64,000 nt of DNA from an uncultured delta proteobacterium (GTDB taxonomy: Bacteria > Myxococcota_A > Polyangia > Fen-1088). The notes under the pieces were generated by a model. It did no database searches and was not told the origin of the DNA. It was given only the letters and a program-made list of their open reading frames with translations. Location of the stretch: contig CAVTRY010000013.1 in assembly GCA_963737265.1 (NCBI GenBank), positions 515,544 to 579,543 of the forward strand, given 5' to 3'. The position numbers and the translations under genes were made by a program. Each line of letters begins with the position of its first letter. The first letter of the stretch is position 1. Positions 1 to 11,068 of this stretch are shown here, in pieces.

Positions 1-398
1 CCAGGGTTACCCCTGCGCGACCAGTAGAAAGGCATGAAGGCCGTGCTGCGGCCCTCTTTGCGGTAAAGGAGAATATCGGTGCTGCGGTCGAACGCCTGAC
101 AGCTGCCGCCGTCGCAGATGGTGTCGATGGGACACTGCTCGTCGCGCTCGCAGGTCTGGGCGGCCTTGGCCGCGACCGGCGGTTTTTCGAGGGCGGCTGC
201 CGGCGCTGCCTCGGCTTGCGCCGAGCGGAAGGGCAAGAGCAGCGCCTTCGCGGTCTGCGCGCTCTCCTCGGTTTTCACACCCCTGGGCGCGAACGGGTCC
301 AGGCCCGGCGTCGCGCTGGCCGTTGACGGCGCAAACGAATTCGCCGCGAACCCGAGGGTGGCAGCCAGAAGAAGACGGTGAGACTGAGTTTTTTTCAT
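1..398 (-). CDS. Exported hypothetical protein with Cys-rich motif; runs off the window edge
   Basis: Manual translation from ATG 398: MKKTQSHRLLLAATLGFAANSFA (signal-like) ... CERDEQCPIDTICDGGSC; no stop before base 1. Confidence 0.6.
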   Translation of the reverse strand, partial: MKKTQSHRLLLAATLGFAANSFAPSTASATPGLDPFAPRGVKTEESAQTAKALLLPFRSAQAEAAPAAALEKPPVAAKAAQTCERDEQCPIDTICDGGSCQAFDRSTDILLYRKEGRSTAFMPFYWSRRGNP

Positions 399-432
399 CC
401 GTGCGCGGGACCGGTAAGATGGGCGAGCCCGA

Positions 433-999
433 TCACTGCGGCGGAAGCATCTTCCATTCGTTGTTCTCGCGCACGAAGGGGATGTCGACGGTTTCCGACT
501 CGTCCCCCTTTTGCCGGGTAACCTTCAAGGTGGCGTTGTCGCCTTTGATGGACGAGCCCTTGAGGTTGAACTTCGTGCCGTCGACTTCTTTTTGCATCTT
601 CTTGAGACCGTCGTTCGCTTGGCCAAACTGCATGGCGAGCATGCCCTGAAACATCAGGGCGTAGGTGTCGATGACCTTTTCCAGGTTCCCCTCGGTCAGG
701 GCCTTGCGCCAGCGCTCGAAGGTCTTTTCCGGGGTTGAAAACTCGGGCCGGGGCGCGGGCAGTTGAAAGGTAATGCTCCGGATCTTTTCCTTGGGCACCT
801 TGACCGTCGAGCCCTGCGCTTCGACCGAGTAAACGCCGTCATAGTAGTGGACGATCTTGGCGTTCATCTTGGTCTTGTCGACGAGCTCGATGACCTCCGC
901 GCGCGCCGGGTGGGCGGCCGCAAGGACGGTTACGCTGGCCAGGCCGGCAAGGAGATAGGTGTGAAGGACTCGTGCGGTGGAACAACCGGAAGTGATCAT
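433..999 (-). CDS. Secreted hypothetical protein
   Basis: 188 aa ORF with signal peptide ending ARA-E and C-terminal IPFVRENNEWK; 6 bp downstream of glyA. Confidence 0.7.
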   Translation of the reverse strand: MITSGCSTARVLHTYLLAGLASVTVLAAAHPARAEVIELVDKTKMNAKIVHYYDGVYSVEAQGSTVKVPKEKIRSITFQLPAPRPEFSTPEKTFERWRKALTEGNLEKVIDTYALMFQGMLAMQFGQANDGLKKMQKEVDGTKFNLKGSSIKGDNATLKVTRQKGDESETVDIPFVRENNEWKMLPPQ

Positions 1000-1005
1000 T
1001 GGGGC

Positions 1006-2262
1006 CTACTTGAGAAGAATGCCAGGGGCTGGGAAACGGCGTGTGACGGCGAGAACCTCGGCCAGAACCTTGGCCGCGGTCTCGTCGTCGGGCGAGCTGA
1101 CCACGCGATCGATCCAGGCCGCGATTTGTTTCATTTCGGCCTCGCCCATGCCGCGGCTGGTGACCGACGGCGTTCCCAGGCGAATGCCTGATGGATCGAA
1201 CGGCTTGCGCGTGTCGTAGGGCACCGAGTTGTAGTTGAGCTCGAGGCCGGCCTTGTCGAGGGCCTTGGCGGCGACCTTGCCCGGCACGTTCTTGTTTGTC
1301 AGATCGACCAGGATGAGGTGGTTGTCGGTGCCACCGGAGACGACGTGAAAGCCGCGCGCCATGAGCTCGGCCGCCAGCACCTTGGCGTTGGCGACGACGC
1401 TGTGGGCATACTCCTTGAAGGCTGGCTGCGCGGCTTCATTGAGCGCGACCGCCAGCGCCGCGGTGTTGTGATCGTGCGGGCCGCCTTGCAGGCCGGGAAA
1501 CACGGCCTTGTCGATGGGCGCCGCATAGGGCTGCTTGCACAGAATCATGCCGCCGCGCGGGCCGCGCAAGGTCTTGTGCGTGGTGGTGCTGACCACGTCC
1601 GCATAGGGGATCGGCGTCGGGTGGGCGCCGCCCGCGACCAGGCCCGCGATGTGGGCCATGTCCACGGCGAAGCGCGCGCCGACCTCGCGGGCGATGTCGG
1701 CGAAAGCGGCGAAGTCCCAAAGCCGCGAGTACGCCGTTCCGCCCGCCCACAACAACAGCGGGCGTTCGCGGCGGGCCAGATCGCGGACCTCGTCCATGTC
1801 GATGAGGCCGGTATCCTTGCGTACGCCGTACTGCACCGACTGGAAGAACTTTCCGGTGATGGAAACGTTCCAGCCGTGGGTAAGGTGCCCGCCCATGGGC
1901 AGGGCCAGCCCCATGACCTTGTCGCCCGGCTTGAGAAAGGCCAAATACACCGCAAGATTGGCGGGCGAGCCGGAGTAGGGTTGCACGTTGGCGTGCTCGG
2001 CGCCAAAGAGAGCGCAAGCGCGCTCCTGGGCCAGCGACTCCAAAGGATCGACGTTCTGCTGCCCTTCGTAGTAGCGCTTCTGGGCGTAGCCTTCGCTGTA
2101 CTTGTTGGTAAAAACCGACCCGGACGCCTCAAGCACCGCGCGCGAGACGTAGTTTTCCGACGGGATCAGGCGGATCTTCTCCGACTGGCGGCGTTCTTCC
2201 GCGCGCACCAGCTCGTAGACCCTAGGATCGGAAACTGACAGCGTTTCATCGGCAACCTTCAT
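1006..2262 (-). CDS. glyA: Serine hydroxymethyltransferase
   Basis: LIPSENY, NKYSEGY, GGHLTHG, TTTHKTLRGPRGG (PLP lysine), FPGLQGGP. Confidence 0.98.
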   Translation of the reverse strand: MKVADETLSVSDPRVYELVRAEERRQSEKIRLIPSENYVSRAVLEASGSVFTNKYSEGYAQKRYYEGQQNVDPLESLAQERACALFGAEHANVQPYSGSPANLAVYLAFLKPGDKVMGLALPMGGHLTHGWNVSITGKFFQSVQYGVRKDTGLIDMDEVRDLARRERPLLLWAGGTAYSRLWDFAAFADIAREVGARFAVDMAHIAGLVAGGAHPTPIPYADVVSTTTHKTLRGPRGGMILCKQPYAAPIDKAVFPGLQGGPHDHNTAALAVALNEAAQPAFKEYAHSVVANAKVLAAELMARGFHVVSGGTDNHLILVDLTNKNVPGKVAAKALDKAGLELNYNSVPYDTRKPFDPSGIRLGTPSVTSRGMGEAEMKQIAAWIDRVVSSPDDETAAKVLAEVLAVTRRFPAPGILLK

Positions 2263-2377
2263 GGGGCCGCAAGCTAGACTGCCAAGGGGGCATAGTCAAC
2301 GCGCACTCGAAGCAACTTTTTTCTGGTCGGACCGAGAAGGTACTCGTTCCTTCAACCCTCAATCAGGAGAACCGACC

Positions 2378-2896
2378 ATGAAGCTCAGTCCCAATTTCTT
2401 CCGTTCCACGCGTCTTTCGACCCTGCTCGCCCTCTCTTCGCTGGCCCTGGTGGCGAGCCCCGGCTGTGACGGGAACCAGGCGAGCCAGGTGGAGGGCGGC
2501 AAGATCCTGCTCTCCTTGCCCACTATCCCGGAAAATGTGAATTGCGTTCGCGTCACCGTGACCGGCGCGTTCCGGGACGTGGTGAGCGACTTCGACGTTG
2601 TGCCGGGTGACAGTCTCAGCCAGGCATTCAGTGGGCTGCCCGTCGGCTCCGTCGTGTTTTCCGCCGATGCGTATGCCTCGGCGTGCACGAGCGTGACCAA
2701 GTCGACGATTCCCATGTGGATCAGCGAGGACGAGACCGTCAACGTCGTGCAAGGACGCAGCTCCAGCGTGACGCTAACCCTTTACAAGAACGGCCGGGCC
2801 AAAGTCACGGTCGAGTTCGCCGACCAGGAAGATGGCGGCACGAAGAGTGGGTCTACCGGCGGTTCCGCCGATGGTGGAACCGCCGGTCGCGGCTAA
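2378..2896 (+). CDS. Hypothetical lipoprotein
   Basis: AGGAGA RBS, ATG 2378, hydrophobic signal ending SPGC. Confidence 0.7.
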   Translation: MKLSPNFFRSTRLSTLLALSSLALVASPGCDGNQASQVEGGKILLSLPTIPENVNCVRVTVTGAFRDVVSDFDVVPGDSLSQAFSGLPVGSVVFSADAYASACTSVTKSTIPMWISEDETVNVVQGRSSSVTLTLYKNGRAKVTVEFADQEDGGTKSGSTGGSADGGTAGRG

Positions 2897-2908
2897 GGCA
2901 CAATCGCG

Positions 2909-2944
2909 AGGGGCGGGCGCGGACAAGATCCTCCCGCCCCTTTT
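2909..2944 (+). terminator. Rho-independent terminator
   Basis: AGGGGCGGG...CCCGCCCCT stem followed by T run, just after the lipoprotein stop. Confidence 0.6.
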
Positions 2945-3179
2945 ACCGTAATCCCGCGATCGGCGCAGAAGGTCGTGGCCGTGGCCGGAGTGATCCACGG
3001 CCACGCCGACGACGACGCTTACGACTGCCATGGGTGGCGCGTCCCTCCTGGAAAGGCGCCCTTTTCTGCCGCCTTCCGCGACGTCGCTGCGCTTGTCGCG
3101 GGATTACTGTTTTTCAGGATCCATCGACGCGGCAATCGCGCGATGATAGGTTGATGTCAGGAGTGCGCCAGCGGTAAGC

Positions 3180-4691
3180 ATGTCCAGTATCAAAGATGTC
3201 ATCGGAACACAGCTCGGGCGCTACCGCATCGTCGAGCACCTCGCCACCGGCGGCATGGCGGAAATATTTCTGGCGCGACAGGATGGCGAGGCTGGGTTTA
3301 GAAAACAGCTCGTTCTCAAGGTTCTGCAGCAGCGCTGGGAGGACCGACCCGAGGTCGTTAACTTGTTCCTGGGCGAGGCGCGCATCGCGGCGCTCATGAA
3401 CCATCCCAATATCGTCGACATCTACGATGTTTCTTCCGAGGACGGCAAGCACTTCATCGCCATGGAGCACATCCCTGGCAAGATGCTCACCGAGCTGGCG
3501 AAGCGCGCCATCCAGGTGACCAAATCCATCCCGATAGAGGTTGGTCTCTTCATCGCCGCGGAAGTCGCCGGCTCGCTTTCTCACATGTACGACGGCATCG
3601 GCGTCGACGGACAGCCTTTTCGCGTTGTCCACCGGGACATCTCACCCACCAACATCCTCATCAGCACATCGGGCGAGGTCAAGCTGATCGACTTCGGCAT
3701 CGCACGCCAAGGTGTCGCCGTGATCGAAGAGTCGGGGGCTCGTCCGGGCAAGGTCACGTACATGTCGCCCGAGCAGGTCAAGGGAAGACCGATCGACGGC
3801 CGCTCGGATATCTTCTGCCTCGGCACGATTCTCTACGAAATCACCCTCGGCCGTCGCCTGTGGCGCGGGCCGCGCGAGGTTGCGGTCAAGCGCATCATCG
3901 AGGAACGCCCCAAGCCGCCAACCTACGTTCGCCATGACTACCCCGCCGAGCTCGAGATCATCGTGATGCGGGCACTGGAGAAAAGGCCCGAGGATCGCTA
4001 CCAGTCGCCGACGGATCTCTACTTCGACTTACAGAGCTTCATGGAACGTTCGGGTGCCCATTTGCGCAACAACTTTCAAATGGCGGACTACGCTGCCAAG
4101 ATCTTCTCGGAAGAGGCGGAGGCCCTGATCTCCGACGTTGGCCGACGACGCGCGCAAGCATTCGCCGAGGGACGTGAGGGCACGGAGTCAGACGACGAGG
4201 ATCTGGATTTCGACGTGCAGCAGTCCGATGGCCCAGGCGCAGCTCTGGCTCGGGCCTTGCGCACCTCGACCCTGCGGCTAGGGACCGCACTCGGCCGGGC
4301 CCCCGAGGCTCAACCCGAGACATCTGACGCCGACGGTCAGCCAGAATCCGGCGGGGGCGAGGTTCAACCTCAAGGCGGCGATCCCAGGAACGGATCATCC
4401 GATGGGGTCAAGAGTGCGCTCGGATATGACGAAGCTGGGAATGGCGCGCCTCAAACCACCGAGTCGGGTGCGACCAGCGAGCAAGGGGTACGCAGCAAAG
4501 CGGAAACATCGAGCGAAATTAGAAGTGCGAAAATCGTGTCAAAGCCAAGTGCGTTTGGAGCCACGCCCCAAAAGCTGGACGTGGAGATGTCCGATCATCT
4601 TCCCCGGCGCTGGAATGGGGTTGTTGTGGCGGGGATCATCTTGGTCGCCGCATTGGTCGCCAGTGCGCTGTGGCTGCTGCATGGTCGGTAG
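3180..4691 (+). CDS. Hanks-type Ser/Thr protein kinase with C-terminal TM helix
   Basis: LATGGMAEIF, VLK, HRDISPTN, DFG, YMSPEQ, DIFCLG. Confidence 0.95.
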   Translation: MSSIKDVIGTQLGRYRIVEHLATGGMAEIFLARQDGEAGFRKQLVLKVLQQRWEDRPEVVNLFLGEARIAALMNHPNIVDIYDVSSEDGKHFIAMEHIPGKMLTELAKRAIQVTKSIPIEVGLFIAAEVAGSLSHMYDGIGVDGQPFRVVHRDISPTNILISTSGEVKLIDFGIARQGVAVIEESGARPGKVTYMSPEQVKGRPIDGRSDIFCLGTILYEITLGRRLWRGPREVAVKRIIEERPKPPTYVRHDYPAELEIIVMRALEKRPEDRYQSPTDLYFDLQSFMERSGAHLRNNFQMADYAAKIFSEEAEALISDVGRRRAQAFAEGREGTESDDEDLDFDVQQSDGPGAALARALRTSTLRLGTALGRAPEAQPETSDADGQPESGGGEVQPQGGDPRNGSSDGVKSALGYDEAGNGAPQTTESGATSEQGVRSKAETSSEIRSAKIVSKPSAFGATPQKLDVEMSDHLPRRWNGVVVAGIILVAALVASALWLLHGR

Positions 4692-4826
4692 CAGATGATG
4701 TATGTAGAACGGACACCATGGCGGCACGCCTTCGTACCCAGGCAAGTGTGATGAAGAACGGCAGGTATTCACCGAGCAATCGGGCTGTGGTGGCCTGCTT
4801 CGCCGAGGAGCTTTCGGGATCATAGA

Positions 4827-6449
4827 ATGAAGTTCGTCTGTGACCGCTGCCAGACCCGCTATTCCATCGCGGATGAGAAGGTCAGGCAGAAGATCCTGCG
4901 CATTCGCTGCAAGACTTGCGGCAATGTGATCGTCGTTCAAGGCGAGCGAGTGACAGCCTCGCTCGCGGGGCCAGCGGCGCTGCCGCGGCTACCGGTCGGC
5001 CAGGCGAAGGGCGCTGCCGCGGAGCCCGCCAAGCGCGCTGTTCCACCCCCACCGCCATCCCCGACCTCCAGCGCGTCAGACCCGGCGCCTTTGGGCGGCG
5101 GGGTGGAATGGTACGTCTCAATCAGCGGCGCGCAGGCGGGACCGCTTTCGCGCGCCGACGCCGCCAAGCGGATTGCGACGGCCAAAGCAGGCCAGCCGGT
5201 TCACGTGTGGAAGGACGGTATGGCGGCGTGGAAACCGGCCCGCGAGGTTTCGGTGATCGCCAGGGAGCTGAGCATCATGCGGCGTCCGCCACCTCCGCCC
5301 CCGCCCCCGCCTCCTCTTTCTACAGCGCCAACGGAGGGTGCGGTAACGCTGTCCGATGGCGCCGGGTCCGCCCCCAAGGTGGAGCCCTTCGCAAGGGCGT
5401 CGGCTCTTTCCAAGGCCGCAGAAAGCCGAACACCGCGGCTGCATTCGCCGACTTCGGGTGCCCCGGTGGCCAGTCTGGCGAGCGGGCCGGCCCCGGTGGT
5501 CCAGCCAGTGCCCGAACTTTACGAGGATCCCGCCAGTGAGAAGGCCAAGCATCTCCCCGATTTCCCCGCAGCTCCGGCGGTTGTCGAAGAAGCCCCCATC
5601 GCTGCGGTCGGAACGCCTGGCGTGATTGCGGAGACGATTGACGCCAGTGCCAGTGCGAGCTCGTCGATCCAGGATTCGATTGTTTCGAGCCTGGACTCCC
5701 TCCCACCTCCGTTGCAACCGCCCGCCGCCGCGAGCACGGCGAAACCGGTGGCGAGGTCGGGGCCAGCGCCTCGGCACCAGGGCCTGAAATATGTGATCGC
5801 TGCCGCCGTGATCGTGGTTTTGGTGATCGTGCTTGTCGTGCTCACGCTGCGAGGAGAGGCCGCCAAACAGATCGATCCAGCGAATACGGTGGGTGCCGCG
5901 GAGAAGGTCGAGCAACCTACGGTGGAGGAGCCCTCGTCTGGAGAGGCGGAGGCTCCCAACGCCAAAGCGGGGCGCGGAGAGAAGTCCTCATCGATCACGC
6001 ACTCGGGCGCCAGACACGGTGGCGGCTCGGCGAAGGCTAGTGCATACCCAGCGGCGCCGACACCTGAGCAGGAAGCCGCCCAAAGGCGGATGGCCAAGGC
6101 CCCTGTGCAAAGCGTCGGAGCGCCTCGCCCCAATCCCTTCGCCGAGAGCGCCCGGCCCGTCTCGCAAGATCAGATCGGCGCGGTCGTGCGTAACAAGAAC
6201 AATCAGGCAGCTTTGAAGACGTGCTACGAACGCGCGCTCAAGATGGACAACCATCTTACGAGCGGACGCATCGACGTGACGGTTTCCATTGGAACCTCAG
6301 GGATCGTTCAACGGGTCATCATCGATGCGCCATCGAGCTTCATCTTGATCGAGCCCTGCATCAAGGCAGCGGTCAAACGTTGGATGTTCCCGCCCAACAC
6401 AGAAGAATACGGCACCAACTTCCCACTCATTATGCAAGGCGGGACGTAG
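4827..6449 (+). CDS. Zinc-ribbon/GYF_2/TM/TonB-C-like protein (GltJ/AgmX-like)
   Basis: MKFVCDRCQTRYSIADEKV...CKTC, WYV...GP...VWKDGM GYF_2 motif, TM helix, C-terminal CYERAL...CIK domain. Confidence 0.8.
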   Translation: MKFVCDRCQTRYSIADEKVRQKILRIRCKTCGNVIVVQGERVTASLAGPAALPRLPVGQAKGAAAEPAKRAVPPPPPSPTSSASDPAPLGGGVEWYVSISGAQAGPLSRADAAKRIATAKAGQPVHVWKDGMAAWKPAREVSVIARELSIMRRPPPPPPPPPPLSTAPTEGAVTLSDGAGSAPKVEPFARASALSKAAESRTPRLHSPTSGAPVASLASGPAPVVQPVPELYEDPASEKAKHLPDFPAAPAVVEEAPIAAVGTPGVIAETIDASASASSSIQDSIVSSLDSLPPPLQPPAAASTAKPVARSGPAPRHQGLKYVIAAAVIVVLVIVLVVLTLRGEAAKQIDPANTVGAAEKVEQPTVEEPSSGEAEAPNAKAGRGEKSSSITHSGARHGGGSAKASAYPAAPTPEQEAAQRRMAKAPVQSVGAPRPNPFAESARPVSQDQIGAVVRNKNNQAALKTCYERALKMDNHLTSGRIDVTVSIGTSGIVQRVIIDAPSSFILIEPCIKAAVKRWMFPPNTEEYGTNFPLIMQGGT

Positions 6450-6522
6450 ACCTCCTCGCTTGGCCGTCAGGTCATCTCACAGGTCATCTGGCAGGTTTTG
6501 GCCAGCTGCTACACTTGCGCCG

Positions 6523-9432
6523 ATGTCTCGCCTGTCTCGCCGCCATCCCTACGCAGCGTTCTTGGCCAAGGTGCAAAAGCCCGCGCGCTACATCGGTGGC
6601 GAGTATGGCGAAAGGCGGATCGATCTCGCGGCGGCACGTGCGCGGGTTTGCCTGGCCTTTCCCGACGCCTATGAAATCGGGATGTCCCACCTCGGCACCA
6701 AGATTCTCTATGGCCTGCTCAACAACGCCGAAGGCATCGCGTGCGAGCGCGTGTTCGCGCCCTGGCTCGACATGGAAAGCGAGCTGCGCACCCGGGCGCT
6801 GCCTCTCCTCACGCTGGAGACGGCCAGCCCGATCGTCGCCTTCGACGTGGTCGGGTTTTCTTTGCAGTACGAGCTCAACTACACCGGCGTCCTCAACATT
6901 CTCGATTTGGGCGGAATTCCGCTGCGGGCGACCGAGCGAAGTCAGTCGCATCCGCTGGTGATCGCCGGCGGGCCGGTGGCCAGCCATCCCGAGCCGCTGG
7001 CACCCTTCATCGACGCCTTCTTTATCGGCGAGGCGGAGGAGCTTCTGCCCGCGCTGTGCTTGCAAGCCGCCGATTTGCGCCGGGCAGGGCTGCCGCGCGA
7101 GGAGATTCTGGCTCGCCTGGCGCAAGGCTATCCGCTGTACGTTCCCGCGCTCTATGCAACGGAGCGCGACGATTCGACCGGATTCGTGCTGGTGGCCAAG
7201 CCGACCGATCCACGTGTACCCGCGCGCGCTCGTCGAGTGTGGGTGAAAGACATCAACCGCTTCCCATTTCCCGCCGATTCTCCGCTGCCGCACGCCGAGG
7301 CCGTGTTCGATCGGATGGCGGTGGAAATCGCGCGCGGCTGCACCGAGGGGTGCCGCTTCTGCCAAGCCGGCGTGATTTACCGCCCGGTTCGTGAGCGCGA
7401 TCCGGTGGCCGTGGTCGACGCGCTCCTCGCTGGGATTCGCGCCGGCGGCTACGACGAAACCTCGCTGGCGTCGCTGTCGCCGGCGGACTATTCGTGCGTG
7501 ACGCCGCTGGTGCGGACGGCGATGGCCAAGCTGCGCGACGAACGGGTTTCGCTCTCGGTTTCCTCGCTGCGCGCCTACGGCCTCGACGAGGAATTGCTCG
7601 GCGACTTGGCCGCGGGCGGTATCACCGGCCTGACCTTTTCGCCCGAGGCAGGTACGCAGCGCATGCGCGACTTGGTCAACAAGAACGTTACCGAGGCCGA
7701 CATCCTGGAATCCGCCCATCGCGTGTTCTCGCGCGGGCACCAGCGCATGAAGCTGTACTTCATGATCGGTCTGCCCACCGAAACCGACGAGGACATCGTC
7801 GGAATCGTGGAAACGGCCGCGCACGTGCAAGAGATCGGACGGCGCTATCTGCGCTCGGCCAAGGTTGCGGCCGCGGTGTCCACCTTCGTCCCCAAACCGC
7901 ACACGCCATTTCAGTGGGCGGGTACGGACAGCCGCGAGGAAACCTCGAGGAAGCACACGCTGCTGGCCGAACACGCGCGCCGCCTGCGTGTGGAATTGCG
8001 ACTGCACGAGAACACGCAATCGCACCTCGAGGCGATTTTCGCGCGCGGGGATCGGGCATGCGCCGACGTGCTTGAGCGCGCCTTTCATCTTGGTTGCCGC
8101 TTCGATGGCTGGAACGAGGCGCTGCGGATCGATTTGTGGGAACAGGCCATCGCCGGCGAAAGGGCCACGCGCGGGTTCGATCCGGAGCGCTACCTCGGCG
8201 CGATTCCCGAGGGCGCGCGCCTGCCCTGGGACCACATCGACGTGGGCGTCGAGCCGGACTTTTTGCGCAAGGAGCTGCACAAGGCCATGCGGCACCAGTC
8301 GTCGCCTCCTTGCGGAAAACCGGTTGGCCAGCTCTTGCATCCGGCCAGCGTCACGGACGCCGAAGGCGCCGCGGAGCGCAGGCTGGTCTGTTACGACTGC
8401 GGGGTGGCGTGCGACCTCGATCGCATGAAGAGCGAACGCCTGTTTTTCCTGCGCCGGTTGAATGCATGGGCCGCGCGCGCGCCACTGCCGCCGCGCCGCC
8501 GGGACGCCAGGGTGGCCGGAAATGCCCCTACGCTTCATCCTCCATCGCCTCTTCCGGCGACGACGTCAAATCAAAGCGAGCCGGCGCGCTTTCGCTTGCG
8601 CTACAGTAAGCTTGGCTCCGCGGCGTTTCTCGCTCACCTGGATCTTGTCCGCCATCTGCCGCGCGCGTTTCGCCGCGCCCAGCTCGAGATCTTCTACTCG
8701 AAGGGCTTCCATCCCAAGCCGGGTCTTTCCTTCGGCCCGGCGCTCGGACTTGGCATTCCATCGCTGGGCGAGCTGCTCGACGTCAAGTTGGATGTCAGGT
8801 CGATCGACGAGCTGCCGGCCGGGGAAATCCTGCGCCGGCTTCAGGCCGTTTCTCCGCCGGGCATCGATTTTCTAGCTGCCACTGCCCTGGCGGAAGGTGA
8901 TGCGCCGCTCGGCCGCATTTTGACCGAAGCACATTACGTGGTTCGGCTGCCACCTGGATTTTCCGCCGGTCGTGCCGAATCGGTCTGGAACGCGGGCGCG
9001 CCCTTGCCCGTCACCCGTCGCGAGCGCAGCGACAGCCGCCGGCCAGATCGCGGCAACAGCGTCGACGTGAGGCCAAGCATCTTGTTCGCGGCCGCGCCCC
9101 AACCGGAGGATCGCCGCCAGCTCGCCGAGCGGCTCGACTGGCCCAGCGCCAGCGATGCGAACGACGATGATATTTTGGGTTTTGGTCTTGTGGTCAGCCC
9201 GCTTGGAAGTGCTCGCCCCGTCGAAGTCGTGGAGGCCTTGTACGGCGAAGCAGCGGCGCAAGGCTGCGAAATCGTGCGCACCGGGCTGTTTGCCAAGGCG
9301 GCGGAAAATCGGGTCGATCCACTCGACGTCGCGGCCCTGCGCGCAGGCGCGGTCGAGGTCGCCGAGCCCGGTGGCACGCCGGCCGTCGCGGGCGACGTCC
9401 TCTGTGGCCCAGAATCGGAAAAGCGCGCTTGA
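6523..9432 (+). CDS. TIGR03960-type radical SAM protein fused to a TIGR03936/DUF2344-like domain
   Basis: KPARYIGGE, FPDAYEIGMS, CTEGCRFC (CxxxCxxC), KLYFMIGLPTE, C-terminal FLAHLDL...YSKGFHPKP. Confidence 0.9.
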   Translation: MSRLSRRHPYAAFLAKVQKPARYIGGEYGERRIDLAAARARVCLAFPDAYEIGMSHLGTKILYGLLNNAEGIACERVFAPWLDMESELRTRALPLLTLETASPIVAFDVVGFSLQYELNYTGVLNILDLGGIPLRATERSQSHPLVIAGGPVASHPEPLAPFIDAFFIGEAEELLPALCLQAADLRRAGLPREEILARLAQGYPLYVPALYATERDDSTGFVLVAKPTDPRVPARARRVWVKDINRFPFPADSPLPHAEAVFDRMAVEIARGCTEGCRFCQAGVIYRPVRERDPVAVVDALLAGIRAGGYDETSLASLSPADYSCVTPLVRTAMAKLRDERVSLSVSSLRAYGLDEELLGDLAAGGITGLTFSPEAGTQRMRDLVNKNVTEADILESAHRVFSRGHQRMKLYFMIGLPTETDEDIVGIVETAAHVQEIGRRYLRSAKVAAAVSTFVPKPHTPFQWAGTDSREETSRKHTLLAEHARRLRVELRLHENTQSHLEAIFARGDRACADVLERAFHLGCRFDGWNEALRIDLWEQAIAGERATRGFDPERYLGAIPEGARLPWDHIDVGVEPDFLRKELHKAMRHQSSPPCGKPVGQLLHPASVTDAEGAAERRLVCYDCGVACDLDRMKSERLFFLRRLNAWAARAPLPPRRRDARVAGNAPTLHPPSPLPATTSNQSEPARFRLRYSKLGSAAFLAHLDLVRHLPRAFRRAQLEIFYSKGFHPKPGLSFGPALGLGIPSLGELLDVKLDVRSIDELPAGEILRRLQAVSPPGIDFLAATALAEGDAPLGRILTEAHYVVRLPPGFSAGRAESVWNAGAPLPVTRRERSDSRRPDRGNSVDVRPSILFAAAPQPEDRRQLAERLDWPSASDANDDDILGFGLVVSPLGSARPVEVVEALYGEAAAQGCEIVRTGLFAKAAENRVDPLDVAALRAGAVEVAEPGGTPAVAGDVLCGPESEKRA

Positions 9433-9496
9433 CAGTTTGGGCCGGGTCGGGCGTTATCCCTTCTGCCTGCATCGGCAAACCAGGAGAAACGCGGAA

Positions 9497-10069
9497 ATGA
9501 ACCTTCGCCCGGCACCGCCCGAACGCAACTTGGTCGAACGTTCCGAGATCCTGGATGCCGTGGGGATGGCCCGCGTGCTGCGGCGAATTGCCTTCGAAAT
9601 CGTCGAGCGCAATGGCCACGATGCTTATTTCGTCGGCATCCACACCGGCGGCGCCTTGCTGGCCGAGCGCATGGTGAAGCTGCTCGTGGAGGGCGGTGAA
9701 AAGCGTCCGGCGCTCGGTGCCATTGACATCACGCTGTATCGCGATGACGTTTTTCACGGCCTGCCCAAGCCGGAAATTGGGCCGACCGACTTGAAGGAAA
9801 GCATCGACGATCGCGTGGTGGTCCTGATCGACGATGTCCTGTTCACCGGACGGACCGTGCGCGCGGCGATGGATGTGCTGGTCGACTACGGACGACCGCG
9901 GGCGGTGCAGCTGGCGGTTCTCGTCGACCGCGGCCGGCGCGAGCTTCCCATTCAACCCGACTTCGTGGGCGTGCGTTTGCAAACCACGGCCGAACAGTCG
10001 GTGCAGGTGCTATTCAGCGAGCTCGGCGAACCCGACCGCGTCGTCGTACGCGAAAGGATCGGGCAATGA
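9497..10069 (+). CDS. pyrR: Bifunctional pyr regulator / uracil phosphoribosyltransferase
   Basis: [41 protein letters not shown]; RBS AGGAG. Confidence 0.95.
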   Translation: MNLRPAPPERNLVERSEILDAVGMARVLRRIAFEIVERNGHDAYFVGIHTGGALLAERMVKLLVEGGEKRPALGAIDITLYRDDVFHGLPKPEIGPTDLKESIDDRVVVLIDDVLFTGRTVRAAMDVLVDYGRPRAVQLAVLVDRGRRELPIQPDFVGVRLQTTAEQSVQVLFSELGEPDRVVVRERIGQ

Positions 10070-11010
10070 AGGGGCCGCACGCGTTCTCGCAGAAGCACAT
10101 GCTTGGTGTGGAACACCTGTCGGCGGAGGAGATCACGACGATTCTCGATCTCGGGGATCGCTTTCTTGAGATTGCCGACCGGCCGATCAAGAAGGTCCCA
10201 ACCTTGCGGGGCAAGACGGTGATCAACCTGTTCCTGGAGCCGTCGACGCGAACCCGGACGTCGTTTGAAATCGCGGCCAAACGTCTGTCCGCCGACGGGA
10301 TCAATTTTACCGCGTCGGCGTCCTCGACGACCAAGGGCGAGACCCTCATCGATACCGCCACGAATCTCGATGCCATGAGCCCGGACATCGTGGTTCTCCG
10401 TCATTCGCAGGCCGGCTCCGCCCTTCTTCTGACCAAGCACATCCGGGCCGCCGTTGTGAACGCGGGCGACGGCCAGCACGAACACCCGACGCAGGCGCTG
10501 CTCGATGCGTCCACGATTCGCGCCCACAAGGGCAAGGTCGAGGGTCTGACCGTGGTGATTTGCGGCGATATTGACCACAGTCGCGTCGCGCGGTCGAACA
10601 TTTTCGCGCTTCGCACGCTGGGGGCGCGCGTGCGCGTGGCGGGCCCGCGGTCGCTTCTGCCCCTCGGCGTCACGAGCCTGGGTGTGGAAGCCTTCGACCG
10701 CATCGAGCCGGCGCTGGAAGGCGCGGATGTGGTCATGATGTTGCGCATTCAGCTCGAACGCAAAGCCGGCGGGCGTTTTCCCAACACGCGCGAGTATTCC
10801 CGCTACTTCGGCTTGAATCAGCGCCGCCTGAGCCTGGCCAAGCCCGACGCCATCGTCATGCACCCAGGGCCCATGAATCGCGGCGTCGAGATCGACCCAT
10901 CGGTGGCCGACGGCCCGCGTTCGGTGATTCTGGATCAAGTCGCGCGCGGCGTAGCCATTCGCATGGCCGTGCTCTACCTGCTCGGCGGTGGCAACGAGGC
11001 AGTAGAATAG
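10066..11010 (+). CDS. pyrB: Aspartate carbamoyltransferase catalytic subunit
   Basis: [41 protein letters not shown]; ATGA overlap with pyrR. Confidence 0.97.
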   Translation: MKGPHAFSQKHMLGVEHLSAEEITTILDLGDRFLEIADRPIKKVPTLRGKTVINLFLEPSTRTRTSFEIAAKRLSADGINFTASASSTTKGETLIDTATNLDAMSPDIVVLRHSQAGSALLLTKHIRAAVVNAGDGQHEHPTQALLDASTIRAHKGKVEGLTVVICGDIDHSRVARSNIFALRTLGARVRVAGPRSLLPLGVTSLGVEAFDRIEPALEGADVVMMLRIQLERKAGGRFPNTREYSRYFGLNQRRLSLAKPDAIVMHPGPMNRGVEIDPSVADGPRSVILDQVARGVAIRMAVLYLLGGGNEAVE

Positions 11011-11068
11011 GCGATGGAGTTGTACTTGACAGGTTCGCTCGCCCACCTCTATGTGAGGAGCAATTTTA

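Noticed and set aside
9433-9496. PyrR-binding attenuator
   Set aside because: The intergenic region is short, with no recognisable PyrR binding loop or terminator.
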